Position numbers and translations under genes: made by a program. From the NCBI RefSeq assembly GCF_052425735.1, contig NC_135765.1, positions 24,862,001-24,926,000 of the forward strand: 64,000 nucleotides of DNA, in the 5' to 3' direction. This document shows positions 9,385-23,334 of the stretch, piece by piece. The notes beneath the pieces were generated by a model. It saw nothing but the letters and a program-made list of their open reading frames with translations, had not been told where the DNA came from and ran no database searches. Position 1 is the stretch's first letter. Every line of letters begins with the position of its first letter. This stretch comes from Oculina patagonica. Its lineage: Eukaryota.

Positions 9385-11260
9385 GTTGTCAAGCCCATAT
9401 CAACAAGAAAACTTGTCTGGTGAAGTCTTTAAATCCCAGGAGGGGGGGGGGGGGGAGGAGGCTACTCCAAAAAAAGGGGAGGCTCCCAGTCAGTTACGCC
9501 ATTCCTTACTGGAGCATCATCCTTAGAAAAATCCTGGATCCGCCCCTGTTGGGCGTGGAAAAAAATAAAAAAAATCGTATTACAAAAGAATCACATGACG
9601 ACAGAATTACATTTAGAGTTTGTTAAATCTTTACAATGTGTTGAGGGGAAGAGAAGAAATGAAAATGAAAAGGGGTAATTTAGACTTTATGTTTGTTTTT
9701 AAGCTTGGAGTTTGTTAAATCTTTAAAATGTGTTGAGGGGAATAGAAGAAATGAAAATGGTGGTAATTTAGACTTCGTGTTTGTTTTTAAGAAAAGGTTA
9801 TAAAAACTTAGAAATTAGATAACCACATAGGAGTTTAATGAGAGAGTAAGGTTTTAAAAATGTGCTTAATTTTATATTGTCCTTTATTTTATATTTTGCT
9901 TAATTATTCTTTATTTATTTCAGGATGGGAATGCAAACTCTGAAGGATCTCAGCAACTAGCAAGAAAAAGGAGAAATAAATCCTGCTATTGTGTACAGAA
10001 AAAAGAGTGGCTTCGTAAAGGCAATACAATTACATTTGGAACTTTTCAAGCACGGGTTAAAAATGGAGCTTTTAAAGCTTTGGTTAAAAATGGACACATC
10101 TGGAAAATAGATATGTTTTGACTGTTACAAATGCATTTGAAATTTAAAATTGTAGAGACTCTAACTCTTTAATTGTGTAATAAAAGCAAAAATAATTTGT
10201 GTTTAATTTTACAACTTCTCGTTTAAAAAACTCTCAAAATGGAATTAAGAAATTTTTTTAACCAAATATTTTTACAAATTGAAAGGGAAATAGATAAAAA
10301 TTCCTTACAGGATGAGAAAAATAAGAATACAATTGTCTACTTTAATATTTACATTAATTCTTTGAGTTCTCTCTCAATTTCTCTCTCGAGCTTTTTAATT
10401 TGTGCACGGAGTCTGTTCGTAAGCGCCCGTAGTCTTTTAATGTTAATTATCTTTCGTCGTCTACTCTTCTCTTCTTCTTCCCTTTGAACGCTCAACGAAG
10501 CGGACACGAGCAGGGCATCTTCCCGTTCTTCAATAGTAGCCAAAGCTTGCCTGCAGTTCCTTTCCTGCACTGGTGTGAACTGCATGGATGAATTGATCAG
10601 TGTATGCTCGCATCAGGATCTCCTCAATTTATACTAACTAGCTTATTTACCCAACCTAGTGAGCTCACAAACAAGACAATCATGAAAATGTGACAACATT
10701 TGCATACCCTGTCTCATCAGGGACTCATAAGGTATGCAAGGCCAATGAATAGGAAATAAAAATATAAAAAAAAATGGGCGGGAGAGCGCACTGAGCCGAG
10801 TCCTAAACCGCTTAGCCGAGGGGAACTGGGCCGAGTAATAGTTCGAGTTTAAAATGGCAGAAACAAGGGCCATTCCAAAAAAAAATCCACATCCCCCGTT
10901 GAAGAATTTTTCTTAAGAGGTCTTAAATATGTCGGCACCTTTGATTCTTTCTGAGGGGGTAAGTAAAAAATGAGCAAAAAGTGGTCTTTTTTTCCGATGG
11001 GGTTAAGAAAAAATCGGGTTTTTCTGAGGGGGGCATCATGTCGGCACTTTGATCTTTTTTTCTTAGAGGGTAAATTGTGACTTACCTCGTCAACAGGGGG
11101 GGGGGGGGGGTGGCTATAAAATGGAATAGCCCCAAGCTAGGACAGGAAAAAACGCATTGAACCACACGTTTCAACACCATTGGTACCACTGGTTGAGCCC
11201 TACGTGCATGTTGCCACCAATGATGCCTTGATTTAAGTACTATGGCTTAATAAGTCATGT

Positions 11261-12072
11261 TTAAGGTCGCGCAGGACCCTTGGAATCATTAGTATATGTA
11301 TTTATTTAAAGAGTATGCACGAACTGCCGGACGACTGAAGCCGACAACAAACGAAATATTCATGAGAATGTTTGTTTTTAAACTCTTTTGTACAATTAAT
11401 TACTAGTAATTGTTCTCTGCTTTGTGCACGTGCGCTGGAACATAAGGAATTATCATAATTAGATTCACAGCTTTAAATATATCACACGTTGTTGTAAACA
11501 TTGACTCGGAAGGTCTTCGGAAGCCTCAAAACCTGCAAATTTGTGTCCAAGTTTTCTCCGTCGATATACAATTTCAAGAGTTGATTCACGAGGAACATAA
11601 ACTTGGTGTACTCTATTGTGCTATGACTAGAGCGAATTTTTTAAATTTCCTTCTCACAATGGAGATAGCACGTTTCAAAGTTAAGATTTCACATTTTTGC
11701 TCTCTTAGAAGCGATTAACTTGTAGCAGTTTTTGAAATCGAAAATTTCGTTCTAGTGGTAGCACAAAAGAGGTTATGATTTATCACTAAGCTATACAATC
11801 ATTTAATTTGGTGCGCTGTTCTAGCTGAAAACTTGGACACAAAATCGCATTATCTGCGGTTAAACTTTTAAGGGCTTGTAACATCACAGACAACGGTTAT
11901 CTTTCAGTAAAAGGACAATCATGATGTAATTCCATCATCCCCGAATATCCTTGTTAAATTTTACAGGAATCGATGTTCAAAATGTAGTGAATTAAAGCTA
12001 TACAAGATAGCACTCCGTCAAGAAATTTGGCTAATGAATTTATTAATGAGCAAGGGTCCCGCGCGACCTTAA
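11261..12072. mobile_element. Non-autonomous DNA transposon (MITE), Kolobok-like
   Basis: TTAA-ggtcgcgcaggacccttg ... caagggtcccgcgcgacc-TTAA: 18-bp TIR with one mismatch, TTAA TSD, GG...CC termini. Confidence 0.75.
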
Positions 12073-12386
12073 AATGGTACCTGGAAGTCTCTAGCGATTA
12101 TGCCTGGCTCCGCTTGAAACAGTCCTTCTGTTATTTCGGACATGACTGCAGGTAGGGAAAGATATGATGTTCTAAATTTCTTTTTGTTAATTTTTAAGGT
12201 AATAACGCTGTAGCTTACCGTTTCTCGGACACTAAAAAGCCTGTCTTGTTCCGTTCGGTTTGGTTTCGGCGCGGTTAAACGTCTTACGCGATAGTTTTGT
12301 CTTTCTATCGAGGCGATCTATTCGTGATGAAAAGCTCGCGCTAATTTGAACGAGCTCGGAATTCAGTACTGTTTATTTTGAACAAG

Positions 12387-12665
12387 NNNNNNNNNNNNNN
12401 NNNNNNNNNNNNNNNNNNNNNNNNNNNNNNNNNNNNNNNNNNNNNNNNNNNNNNNNNNNNNNNNNNNNNNNNNNNNNNNNNNNNNNNNNNNNNNNNNNNN
12501 NNNNNNNNNNNNNNNNNNNNNNNNNNNNNNNNNNNNNNNNNNNNNNNNNNNNNNNNNNNNNNNNNNNNNNNNNNNNNNNNNNNNNNNNNNNNNNNNNNNN
12601 NNNNNNNNNNNNNNNNNNNNNNNNNNNNNNNNNNNNNNNNNNNNNNNNNNNNNNNNNNNNNNNNN
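12387..12665. other. Assembly gap (279 N)
   Basis: Run of N. Confidence 1.
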
Positions 12666-15600
12666 TAGAGATTTTAAAATGGAGTTGGAATCGGTAGATC
12701 TGTGGAAGAAAAAGGTGGTGTCAACTAGGAGCTTGAATGGATTGATGGTGAAGGAAATGCTTTATTTAAGTGATCTTTATCATAGATTAACTGCAAAAAG
12801 TGTCGATCTATACTCGCTACAATCCCAACAAGAAAAGACTTACTCCCCATTAACTTTAAACCTTACCGTTCTATATACCATTTTCCGCAGAAAAGGTACC
12901 CTTTCGTATACCTTTCATAGGAAAATGGCGCCCCTTATACATACCTACAGAAGGGACACTGCATGTCTTTACTTACTGTTTTACTTGAATAACCCCTTAA
13001 TCGACCATTCAGTTGATATATGTTCGAGAAAATTTGTAAAGGCCTTTTTTTAAAATCGTAGGTGAATGTTTTCCCTACCCTTTGAATACTTCAACTAGTA
13101 AAATCGCTACCCAGTTATATTTGCCTATATACCAACAGCCTAAGAAGGGTACCCTTTTCGAGAGGAGAATCTCAATGTAGTGCACTATAGGAAGTACCCC
13201 CTGGGTTAAGAAAAGTTAAAACGAGCATTTTTCAGCCTTCTCATAGGATAACATCGTTATCATATTCGGTAGTTTTTGGCGGCGTGACACATTCGTTGGC
13301 AATATAATAGTCATCGCTGTTATTGTAAGAAAGCCTTCCCTTCCCACTCCGCCTAACCTTCTCCTGTGCTCTGTGGCGCTATCTGACTAATTGACGGCTT
13401 TAGTTGCCCAACCGGGTTACAGCGCTAGTTTTCAGCGCTGAATTATCGTTGGGAATTCGTTTGCGTTGTGGGATTTCTCTAAGTGGGAGGGATATTTGCT
13501 TTCAGCATCTTCAAAACTGTGAAACGCCATGAGAATCAAATTCACAGCCAGCTACAAGCAGCCCAGCATTTGAGAAACTTAGATATAACATCTTAAACGT
13601 CTAAAAAAAATCAGTACGAACATCTAAATAGATCATGTTTTGCGACCATATAGAAAAAAAGGTGCAATTAATTTAAAGTGGTTCTCTGTCATGAAAAGCT
13701 GTTGAAATTCTCGCTGATTCTAAAGACGATGGTTGGAACGTTTTGCTTTCATCCAGAATTGCTTTATAAGCACACCAACGGTGTACGGCGGTTCCAAAAC
13801 TTTTATCAGCATTGAATCTACCGTAAATTTGTGAGTTAAATAAAAGTGCAAGGTACCAGCACCGTCAGAATTAGACATGCCCATCTTTGGTGTTCTATTG
13901 CAACTATACCAATAATGTTTAGGAAAATATTCTAAGACAAACTTGTGCAAGTTTTACAAATGTACAAATTGAGGTCATTGTGACGTCGAAATTCGTTGCC
14001 ATGGCAACGTCAGACGGGTTCAAAGATACCCTATTTTGGACCTTTTGAGGCTAATAACTCAAAAACTACTCGGTGAAAATTCTTTATTGATATACATATT
14101 TATCTAACCGACATAAGGAACATTTTTGCCAACTTTTAAAACAATCTGTGGAGGAGAGCCACGTTATTTTTTCATAAGTTTAAGGTGGCTCTGAATCCCA
14201 CATACAGAATTTTAAAAAAAAATGTGAGATTTCTTGTTTTGTCCGTTAGACAAAAATATTTGAAAAACGAAAACTTTCACCTTCTAGTTTTTAAGATTTT
14301 AGCCTCAAAAGGTAAAAAATAGCTACGGTCGTTGCTTTGGCAACGATTTTTGACGTCACGGTGACTTAAAGTTGTTCTTTGCCAAAAACTTTACAAAGTT
14401 GTACGAAGAGTTTTACCTCAAAATTATTATTGTAGCTGTATTAGAATGCCGAATATGGGAATATATAAACCATAACGAGCCACCATAAATAGTGTTAAGA
14501 GATAGTCCGTGTAAAAACTCCGAAAAACTCTGTCGTTTTCTGTACAGAATTCAAACGTCATGTTCTAAATACAAAAATCGTATCTGCTTGGCCTTGTTTA
14601 TTTTAATACTCGCGTTTCGCCGTTTTTCCCGCAGTTAATCCATTGTTCTTATGGCCTGAAACTCGAGGCAGCGAATGACAATGCAAATTTAATACAACAA
14701 GCTCATATTTACGGATGCGCCAATAAAAAAACGTCACAAAACATACCGAAGGGAAATTGATAAAGAAATGAAGATTTTTGCCAATCACCCTCTTTTTATT
14801 TGCTTTTCATTTTCTTGAACAGCGGGATATGGCTTTCATTCCCATGCACTGTCTAAATACAAATTAAATTACTAAATTAAATGAACTATTACTGTTAACG
14901 GTTTTCGCGTGAAATCTGTAGTTGTAATAACTGGTGTTTGAACTGTCAGCAGAGTCTGTACACGCCTTGGAGCCAACGGTTTACGTTTTTGCTGCCATCA
15001 ATCATCTTAGCGGACCTCTCGGGAAACAGAAGCTCACTTCAACCGGGTCAAAAGGTCACCTGTGTCAGTTGTGATTGGCAGATTTCGGTACATTTTGTTT
15101 GTTTCTGCTTTTCATGGTTCGTTGGCTGTCGCCATAATTATGATTGACGGCAGCGAAAAACGCAATCGTTAGTTGGATTTTGAATTTCAGAGTTCGCATA
15201 TCACTGAAAACTGCAATATAAAGGAAAAAAAGTTTGAACCCGTGGTGTCTCACATCTTCGCTTTTCATATCTGGGAACAGCAGGAGAGAAGATAAATACA
15301 TCGTGAACTACTACAATAAAGTTTGCGTTATTTTAATTTATTTAATGTCATTTCACTTTGTTTTGTTTTATTTTCGTTTATGTTTTAGCATAAAACTATA
15401 GCAAATATAGTTTCCGTACTGCCCGTTTAAATGCCAACAAAAAAACTATAGTAAAAAATAAGGGAGCATGAAAAATGTACACCCCAAATAGCTTCCTACT
15501 TTTACTTAAAGGACTCCGCTTTCGAACGGAAAATAAAAATATCAAGAGCCACATGAATTTGTGTGAGCAGCTGTAGCCGAAATGACTTCACCTGCATTTG

Positions 15601-15850
15601 AAATAATAATGATTGTTTTGGAGAGCGCGCGTTAAAAGCGTGCCGCTTTGTTGTCTTTGAGTTGAATGTTTGGGATAGCCTTTATTATGTTAATATCACA
15701 TTGGGTGGAAAAACTCTATTTTTCGGCTTGTTGAGTAATTGTACCCAAGGTGTGATAAAGCTGTGATGTTTTTATTTCCAGAACCGTGCTTGTCTTTGAA
15801 CTGCTAGCTGCTTGAAGTAAACCTGTGCTTCGGGGTCAAACGATTTAAAC

Positions 15851-16777
15851 ATGGCCGGCCATGATGATTGTCAGGATTGTGAGTTAGAAGATTGCACGTA
15901 TGGGTTAAGCATCAAATCGACGATTATTTTGGTTGTCTTTTGCTCGATCACTGGTCTTTTGGCGATTGGAGGAAATGTGGCTCTTCTGGTGGCTTTCGTT
16001 TATGGTGAAACGGTCCGTAGCCGGATAAATAACTACTTTGTTCTCTCGTTAACAGTCGCCGACATGTTAATCGGATTAACCATGACACCATTGTACATCT
16101 GCTACGCTGTCGCTTATGAACCGCCATGGCTCGCCAAGCTTGAAGCTTTTCTTTGGATTCTGACAGTCACAGCAACAACTCACAGTTTAAGCGCTGTGAG
16201 TATAGACAGACTGATAGCAGTTGTGTATCCTTTGCGCTACCACCAGATTATTACTGAGAAACGATGTCGTGTTATCATCGCGCTTATTTGGCTTGGATCT
16301 GTCATTTTCGGTTCGCCACGGCTGTTTCTTGATGACTTCATAAAGCTAGAAAAGCTATGGATCGCTTGTTCTGTTGCCACAGTTGCAATCCCGTTACTGA
16401 TTATGTCTTTTAGTTATGGAAGAATTTTTGCAATCGTCAGAAAACAAAGTAGTTATATGAAGAACAACCCAAATGCATCAAGTGAAAGCTTGGGCAACAA
16501 GAAGGCTGCTGTAACAATCGGAATAATAGTTTGCCTCTTCGTAGTAACCTTTATTCCAAGTGTCGTTGTATATTTTATGCTTTTAGTTGAGGATAATCCC
16601 TGCAAAGAATATCAACTAAATGACGTTTGGTTATGGGTTGCAATTGTCTCTTTCTCTCATTCTTCCTTCAATCCATGGGTTTACGGATTCAGGTATCGAG
16701 AGTTAAGGAAAGATTTCAAGGCACTTTTTACGAAAAATTGTAACTTGAAACTCCGTTTTTACCAATTGAACACGTAA
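15851..16777 (+). CDS. Class A (rhodopsin-like) orphan GPCR, intronless CDS, 308 aa
   Basis: Seven hydrophobic segments; GN (TM1), LTVAD (TM2), DRL..V.YPLRY (TM3), W (TM4), P (TM5), KKAA before TM6, NPWVY (TM7). Confidence 0.93.
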   Translation: MAGHDDCQDCELEDCTYGLSIKSTIILVVFCSITGLLAIGGNVALLVAFVYGETVRSRINNYFVLSLTVADMLIGLTMTPLYICYAVAYEPPWLAKLEAFLWILTVTATTHSLSAVSIDRLIAVVYPLRYHQIITEKRCRVIIALIWLGSVIFGSPRLFLDDFIKLEKLWIACSVATVAIPLLIMSFSYGRIFAIVRKQSSYMKNNPNASSESLGNKKAAVTIGIIVCLFVVTFIPSVVVYFMLLVEDNPCKEYQLNDVWLWVAIVSFSHSSFNPWVYGFRYRELRKDFKALFTKNCNLKLRFYQLNT

Positions 16778-19467
16778 AGATAAATTAGTTTAGCCTGATT
16801 TTTATGGCTTTTAATTTTTTTCATTGAATTTGTTTTTTTTCTTCCAAGAAAGTTTCTACTCGTGCTCTCATCGTTAGAATTAGAACAGCCAAGTTTTTAA
16901 CAAATAAAAGGCAAGAAAAAATATAAACTTAATCGAATCGTGTCAATCTTAATGTCGTTTGAAGATTTGTCAGCTTAAAGCTAAACCTGAAGTGTAAAAT
17001 TGGTTACAACTCTTACACATCATTTGTATGATCGTCCGGGTGACAGCAGGCTTGGAAAGGATTGTTATTAGTAACTGATGTTTAGACAACTGAAAGTTGA
17101 TGTCATCTTTAACTAATGTAACGATGGCAGGTTGACAAAATGTCAGTCACAAGCAACTGTTTTTCCAAGACTTCTCCCACCAAAACCATTACACTAGACA
17201 CAGTAGCTCTACACGAGCAAAGCGTACGTTGTGTAATATGTAATATAGTTACAGCCAAACTAGTCGATTTCAAAAATTTCACCTTGTACTGAACGATTCA
17301 AAGATTGTTGTTACGCCCTTTTTTCTGGCAAAAACGTAAAAAGCATGCCTACTCGAACAAAAAAAAAAATATATTAATCTTCGGACAAGAAATCATAATG
17401 TGTGTTAACATCACTGTTCTAAACGATATATTACCTGTTGTAATTTCGATCAATCCACCTCGAGGAGGTCTTTCGAGGTTGATCATCTTCCTGAGTAGAC
17501 GACTTCCAAGTGTTTGTATGCTTGTTCTTGAAAATAATCTACTTGTTACATTGTAAAATTTATATATGGTAACCCACTGAAGGGAGCCGGCTTTTGCATG
17601 ATAAATACTTAAGATTTTGTACAGGTCCTGCATTTGCGTTATCAGTTAAAGCCAGAAAAATTGAAGTCGTATATTTACGAATGTTAAAACCTACAAAACT
17701 TTCAGGTAGCATTCTGGTACGTTTCTTATATTTTCTTCGCACAACGACCAGTCGCCGGTATTTCGTATTTATATTTCAAATCCAGCGCTTCCGTTACATA
17801 ATTATATAGCTGGAGATGGAGCTGTTTTTATTACCAAAGTTATCACTCTGGTCGATACAAAGGACTCAGGCATTCCTGTGAACCAATCAAACCTCAGAGC
17901 AAATCCATGTAACCGATGCGAAGCGCGGGATAACAAGCACAAGCGTGTCACCATTGGTTTTGCTTTTTATTATCACTGGATGAGAAAGTGGCGCGAATTG
18001 GTAGGAATATCATTGGCACATGTACTCAATAAGAATTGTAATTAGTCACAAATATAACACTTTAAAAATTTATTGAATGAAATATTGTACAAAAAGGGAG
18101 TGGTTACCGATTACCTTCTAGTGTTTCGCTTATTTATCAAGACCCCCCTCAATTTAGTCCTTTCTTTCTATTGAGCCCCTCGGCCGTCAAACGTGCATAA
18201 GAAACAAGTCCTTCAACTCCCCTTCTACCGAGAAGGGATTGGGGCTCAAAAGAGGGTTTACGCGTACGGTTTTTAATTTTTCTACGCTTTCTTTGCAGTT
18301 AGTGTTTTTTAGATAATGTAAGCTGCCTTTGAATCTGTTGTGTAAGAGCGATCTTGTAAGAAATATGCACTTTGTTTTAAGAAGTCACAACATTTCCCAA
18401 GATAGCAGATGTTTTATGACGGCACAATTAATGGCATACATATTGCTCAATACAATACGATAAAGGAGCTATACGTCACGGGGATCTTGCAGTTTTTTTT
18501 GCAAATTAAGCTATCTAAAATTAGTGGTAGACAACTTAACCAAAGAAAAAGAGTATCTTTGAATCTTTGAACGTCTGAAGGAAGATATAACCTTAAGTTG
18601 ATGACCCACGGAAACAACTTGGAAAGTAAAGCCTTAATTGTTCAAGTTGCAATCCACTCCCATTCGAGCAATACACAGCCAAAGACGCACGTTGACATGT
18701 CCAGAGCTCTAATAAAGCAATTTTTAACAAAATAAGACTATAATTTTTAGGTCTCCTTGGACACAGATATAAATTTTAGCTGTTTAAAATTCTGTTTAAA
18801 CCCGAGACAGAGCCCCCTTAAGTTAGTTGTCAGAAAAACTATTTTTAAAATGTATTAAAATACACACAATACTGAGATATACATAGGTAAAAATATAAAA
18901 ATGCAATACATTCAATGCATTAATAAAACAGTAGTTATATACAAGCCGTCTGAAGGTAAATTTTCTTAAATTTTCTTAAATTTTCTTGAAAGCCATCCAA
19001 TAACGCGACTATATTCACAATTATCCATATGCCTACAGACAAATTTATTCTAAAGAGCTCCCTAATAACAGACTCTAAATGACGTTTTTTTTTAATAGCG
19101 TTCACTTTAATAGCGCAGTTTGCCGGTACCCATTTATCCCCCTCATCGTAATGTGTGGTGAAGGGTTATTGAGCAAGAACACAACACCGACAATGACCCC
19201 AGCTGATGCTCGAGCTTGGATTGCTCGATCTGAAGTGCTGCCCGCTGACGTCCTAGTAATGTTTTGGTATTAAACGGTTATGCAACTCAACTAATTGATT
19301 TTGTTTTCGGTATTACCGTGATCCTACTAAAGTAAAAAGTAAAGTAAAAAGATGTATAGCATAAATAAGTAATAGCCATCGGTATCTTTTTGTGGAAAAA
19401 AAAGATGGCTAAAAAGGTTCTAATAACTGATTCCCATGCTAACTAAAATCACAATATTTGGTGTTTA

Positions 19468-20623
19468 TTATATGACTAGCTCCGTGAGCGGTCAAGATAA
19501 AAAAGAATCCCGTGCTCTGATTGGCTACCCGAGCGGTCAAGATGGAGCCATCTTGACCGCTCGGGATCACCCGCTGTGTTCCCGCAAGCGAAAAAACTTT
19601 TCAGTTCCGTCGACGCTACTACAAAAAGCTTTTCCGTCGTAAACTTGAAACCATTTACCGAAACAACTCAAATATTTTCTGTCTGTTTCTAGCGAAAGAT
19701 AGTCCGATTACAAAGAAATAGGTCTTGAAGCGAACGAGAACAAACTAATTAAACAACAAATGTTAACGAGTTTCATGAATTTTATTTGCCACAACAACCA
19801 GCTATAAGCTTAAATACAAAAAAACGCAAAGCGACTTGAAGACATGATATCGGTTTTGTTCGGCGGAAAAGGGAGAGAAGTCAGTGTCATAGCTGAAGAA
19901 TAAAGAATTCGGCAAACTTGTCGTTTGTGTATATCTTGATGGAGAAAGCGGTCGGCACGGCGAACCAGGCACTGTAAGCTTTTAAAAACATCTTCTCACC
20001 GAAGCCTCTAACGCTCACGTCGAAAAAGGTCGGGTCGAACATTTAAATCAGTGATGTAGGAACGTTCAAGCTCTTCCCGTGAATTCATATAGTCCCAAAC
20101 GCTTTCAACAATCACAATTTCCATATTCAGCTCGTGTCACCGTGTCGGCAGGTTTGCACCACTAAAGTGCCAGAGGCGAGCAAATACTCTGCAAAACGTC
20201 CAATAATCAAAAGCTGGCGGCCAGATAGAATGGACATTCTTGTTTTAAGGCTTCAAACTCAACGTCGATTTGCAACTTTAGCCATTTCAATATCTTTTTG
20301 AGGGTTAAAAAGAGGTGAATTTCGCTGTTGTCGCCTCGGTTTACTTCGTCTCGATCCATTCAAAAATTTGACAGTCAGTCATTAAACTTTTAAACCAATG
20401 AAATGATTTTAGCGTGCGCCATTGAATGTGCATGCAACTGGCTTCCTTTTCAGTACTCGAAAAAAGTCATATAATAAATTCTTTATTGACCAAGCTTGTT
20501 CGGTCAAGAAGGCAGGATATTGGCCTCGTTCTTTTTTTTTTTTTGCGTGTTTATAAACACGCAAAAACAGAACTTGGCCAATATCCTGCCATCTTGACCG
20601 AACAAGCTTGGTCAATAACCCAT
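19468..20623 (+). mobile_element. Non-autonomous interspersed repeat, possibly Crypton-derived, with hairpins at both ends
   Basis: 5' hairpin cccgagcggtcaagatgg..ccatcttgaccgctcggg. 3' long inverted repeat ttattgaccaagcttgttcggtcaaga... / ...tcttgaccgaacaagcttggtcaataa. Absent from the paralogous duplication unit. Confidence 0.55.
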
Positions 20624-20808
20624 TAATGTTCCCAACCCATGAAGTCAAAACAAGACAACAAGTTCAGTGGGAGAAAAAGGGGTAAGGGATGAAGTGCTCG
20701 AGTTGCCAATCAGAATCATCAATAGGAATCATGCAGGGTACATGTATCACAGGTTAGTTGGTTGGCAACGAGAGACTGGAATCCTCTCCTTCCTTTCAGG
20801 AAGCCCTA

Positions 20809-21024
20809 GTTCCCAAGAACCTGGGGTCCTAATCTCTAGGACCCTTGGGAACAAACACAACCACATGCCCTGGTTCCCAAGAACCTGGGGTCCTAATCTC
20901 TAGGACCCTTGGGAACGTTCCCAAGAACCTGGGGTCCTAATCTCTAGGACCCTTGGGAACAAACACAACCACATGCCCTGGTTCCCAAGAACCTGGGGTC
21001 CTAATCTCTAGGACCCTTGGGAAC
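20809..21024. repeat. Four copies of a 44-bp palindromic unit (gttcccaagaacctggggtcctaatctctaggacccttgggaac); repeated at 22146-22361
   Basis: Read directly; the arms are gttcccaa/ttgggaac and gggtccta/taggaccc. Confidence 0.9.
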
Positions 21025-22545
21025 AATCACAACAACCAACAACAGCAACACTGGGGTCCCCACTATAAGGAGAAAGCTGACCCTGTGAGGCTATGGGGCA
21101 AAAGGGCGAATGGTACAGAGCACTTCATCCCCTCCCGTGGTTTATTAACTATAAGGAAAGACAATGCTTAATTAAGATGGTCTAAAGCTATTGAAGAAGT
21201 TCAGAAGAGACAGTAATCGAATAACAGAATGGTCGAGTTAGTGTATGCCAGCTCGACACTAAAGCTAACGGTTACATGTAAATCAATATCTCAAAAGCAG
21301 ACACATTGCTCAAATCCAACAGCTCTAAGCCTGAGTAAGCATACAAAATGGTAACAATATAAAAAACAATTCTGTAAGCAGGCATGCTGCTTAAGTCCAT
21401 CAGCTCTAAACGTAAGTTAGCATACAAAATGGAAATAATAATAATTATAACAATGTCTATAAATACGGGCTTGCTTCTTTAGTCCATCAGCTATGGCTTA
21501 CGTTTGTAAATAATAATAATAATAATAATAAAATAAACACCCTCAACATAGCCGGATATGTGCGTAGAACTAGAACATTGCCTACATTTTTACAAATACT
21601 AAGCTAAAAGAGAACCAAAGAGGGTTGGGTGGGTGGGGATTATTGTGAAAACTCTTCTAGGGAGCTCAGAGAATTTGAAGTAAAACTACTCAAGTCTAGA
21701 TAAAACCGCATGGCCTTGATTGACATAATAGAAAAGGGAGCGATGTGATTGGCCAGCCCGTATAGCGCATCACACTCTAGAAGTGAATTTGACCTTTGAA
21801 TGTAACGCAAGAGTGATAGTCTTGCAGCATATTGCGTGACAGATCTGCATATTTGAATAGAGTGATCTTATGACTTCTCTGAACTCCTTTCATGGTTGTC
21901 ACATTAACTTTAATTTATATTACATGTAAATTGGCATTTATATTACATATAAATTTGCTTTAATGTTCCCAACCCATGAAGTCAAAACAAGACAACAAGT
22001 TCAGTGGGAGAAAAAGGGGTAAGGGATGAAGTGCTCGAGTTGCCAATCAGAATCATCAATAGGAATCATGCAGGGTACATGTATCACAGGTTAGTTGGTT
22101 GGCAACGAGAGACTGGAATCCTCTCCTTCCTTTCAGGAAGCCCTAGTTCCCAAGAACCTGGGGTCCTAATCTCTAGGACCCTTGGGAACAAACACAACCA
22201 CATGCCCTGGTTCCCAAGAACCTGGGGTCCTAATCTCTAGGACCCTTGGGAACGTTCCCAAGAACCTGGGGTCCTAATCTCTAGGACCCTTGGGAACAAA
22301 CACAACCACATGCCCTGGTTCCCAAGAACCTGGGGTCCTAATCTCTAGGACCCTTGGGAACAATCACAACAACCAACAACAGCAACACTGGGGGTCCCCA
22401 CTATAAGGGGAAAGCTGACCCTGTGAGGCTATGGGGCAAAAGGGCGAATGGTACAGAGCACTTCATCCCCACAAATACACGAAGTGTATTCCCCATAGAC
22501 GAACACCACACAAATATAAAATAGGTTTAAGTTAACATGTAAATA

Positions 22546-23330
22546 AGTAGTAGTAGCCCTTCGCTCGACTCCTTCTTAGGAGTATAGACCATCAACAGTC
22601 TCTCGTCATAGCATCGTGTCCCGTGCATCCCTCTCTAGCTGGTACCAACTCTGAGATTCATTTTAAGTGATTTTGAATCGCCTTATAATGTGCTGCTAGA
22701 CAGGATAAACTGTCCCAACTTCATAATCAACGCATCTGTAAATTCCTTACTATCTTGTACAAAAGTCTATTTTTCAATGACTATCCAGCCTATATGAGAA
22801 ACAAGTTCTCGTTCCGTTCTACTTCATACAACCTGCGTGAAAACTATATACTGGAAATGCCCAAACCTAGAACTACAACTTTTGGTCTCCACTCCTTTAC
22901 TTATCTGGCAACAAAAGAATGGAATTCTCTACCTAATTTTATAAGGCTATGTAACTTATCGGACTTTAAAAGGTACATCTGCAAAGCCAATTCACGAAGC
23001 ATTAAATGACAATTTTATAATTAGTTAATATAAGTCAATTTTAAATATGTAAATAGTAATTTTTATTTTTTTTTTATTTATTTATTTTTTTTTTCTCTAT
23101 TTTTCGTTCTCGGAAATATTAGCTGTCAAGCTACTCTAAATTCGAGTTTAAATAAAGTTTTATTATTATTATTATTATTCCCATGGACTTGATCTCTGCT
23201 TTTAGCGAACGTCTCCAAGTGTTCATGGTCGACCTCTCTTTTAACTCCCTTGAGGATTTCAGGACAAAGCTTGCCTTGTGATGGTACAGGAAGGCATCCG
23301 TAAGGTGTGACCTAGCCATTTCATACACGT
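22546..23330 (-). mobile_element. 3' end of an RTE-like LINE (22546-22650 and 23179-23330), interrupted by another LINE 3' fragment
   Basis: The minus strand reads ...NTWRRSLKAEIKSMG / SWYQLERDARDT...VDGLYS* and ends in a (CTA)n tail. Confidence 0.55.
22651..23178 (+). mobile_element. LINE (CR1/L2-group) 3' fragment
   Basis: ORF 22755-23009 (YNLR...PRTTTFGLHSFTYLATKEWNSLP) resembles a LINE ORF2 C-terminus; AATAAA and a (TTA)n tail follow. Confidence 0.75.
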
Positions 23331-23334
23331 AAAG

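Noticed and set aside
12378-12668. 96-aa ORF
   Set aside because: Artefact of the N gap.
17025-17200. Degenerate palindromic Penelope-derived repeat with a possible hammerhead
   Set aside because: Too decayed; the catalytic core cannot be read.
20667-20903. Identical 78-aa ORFs at 20667 and 22004
   Set aside because: They are translations of the B repeat and its hairpin array.
20809-21024. CRISPR-like array of palindromic repeats
   Set aside because: Spacers are identical or absent, there are no cas genes, the context is eukaryotic, and the array is part of a transposon terminal repeat.
21300-21510. Possible tandem hammerheads in the spacer of the second SDR element (minus-strand CTGATGG in ~83-bp repeats)
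   Set aside because: No CUGANGA core and no properly placed GAAA...UH.
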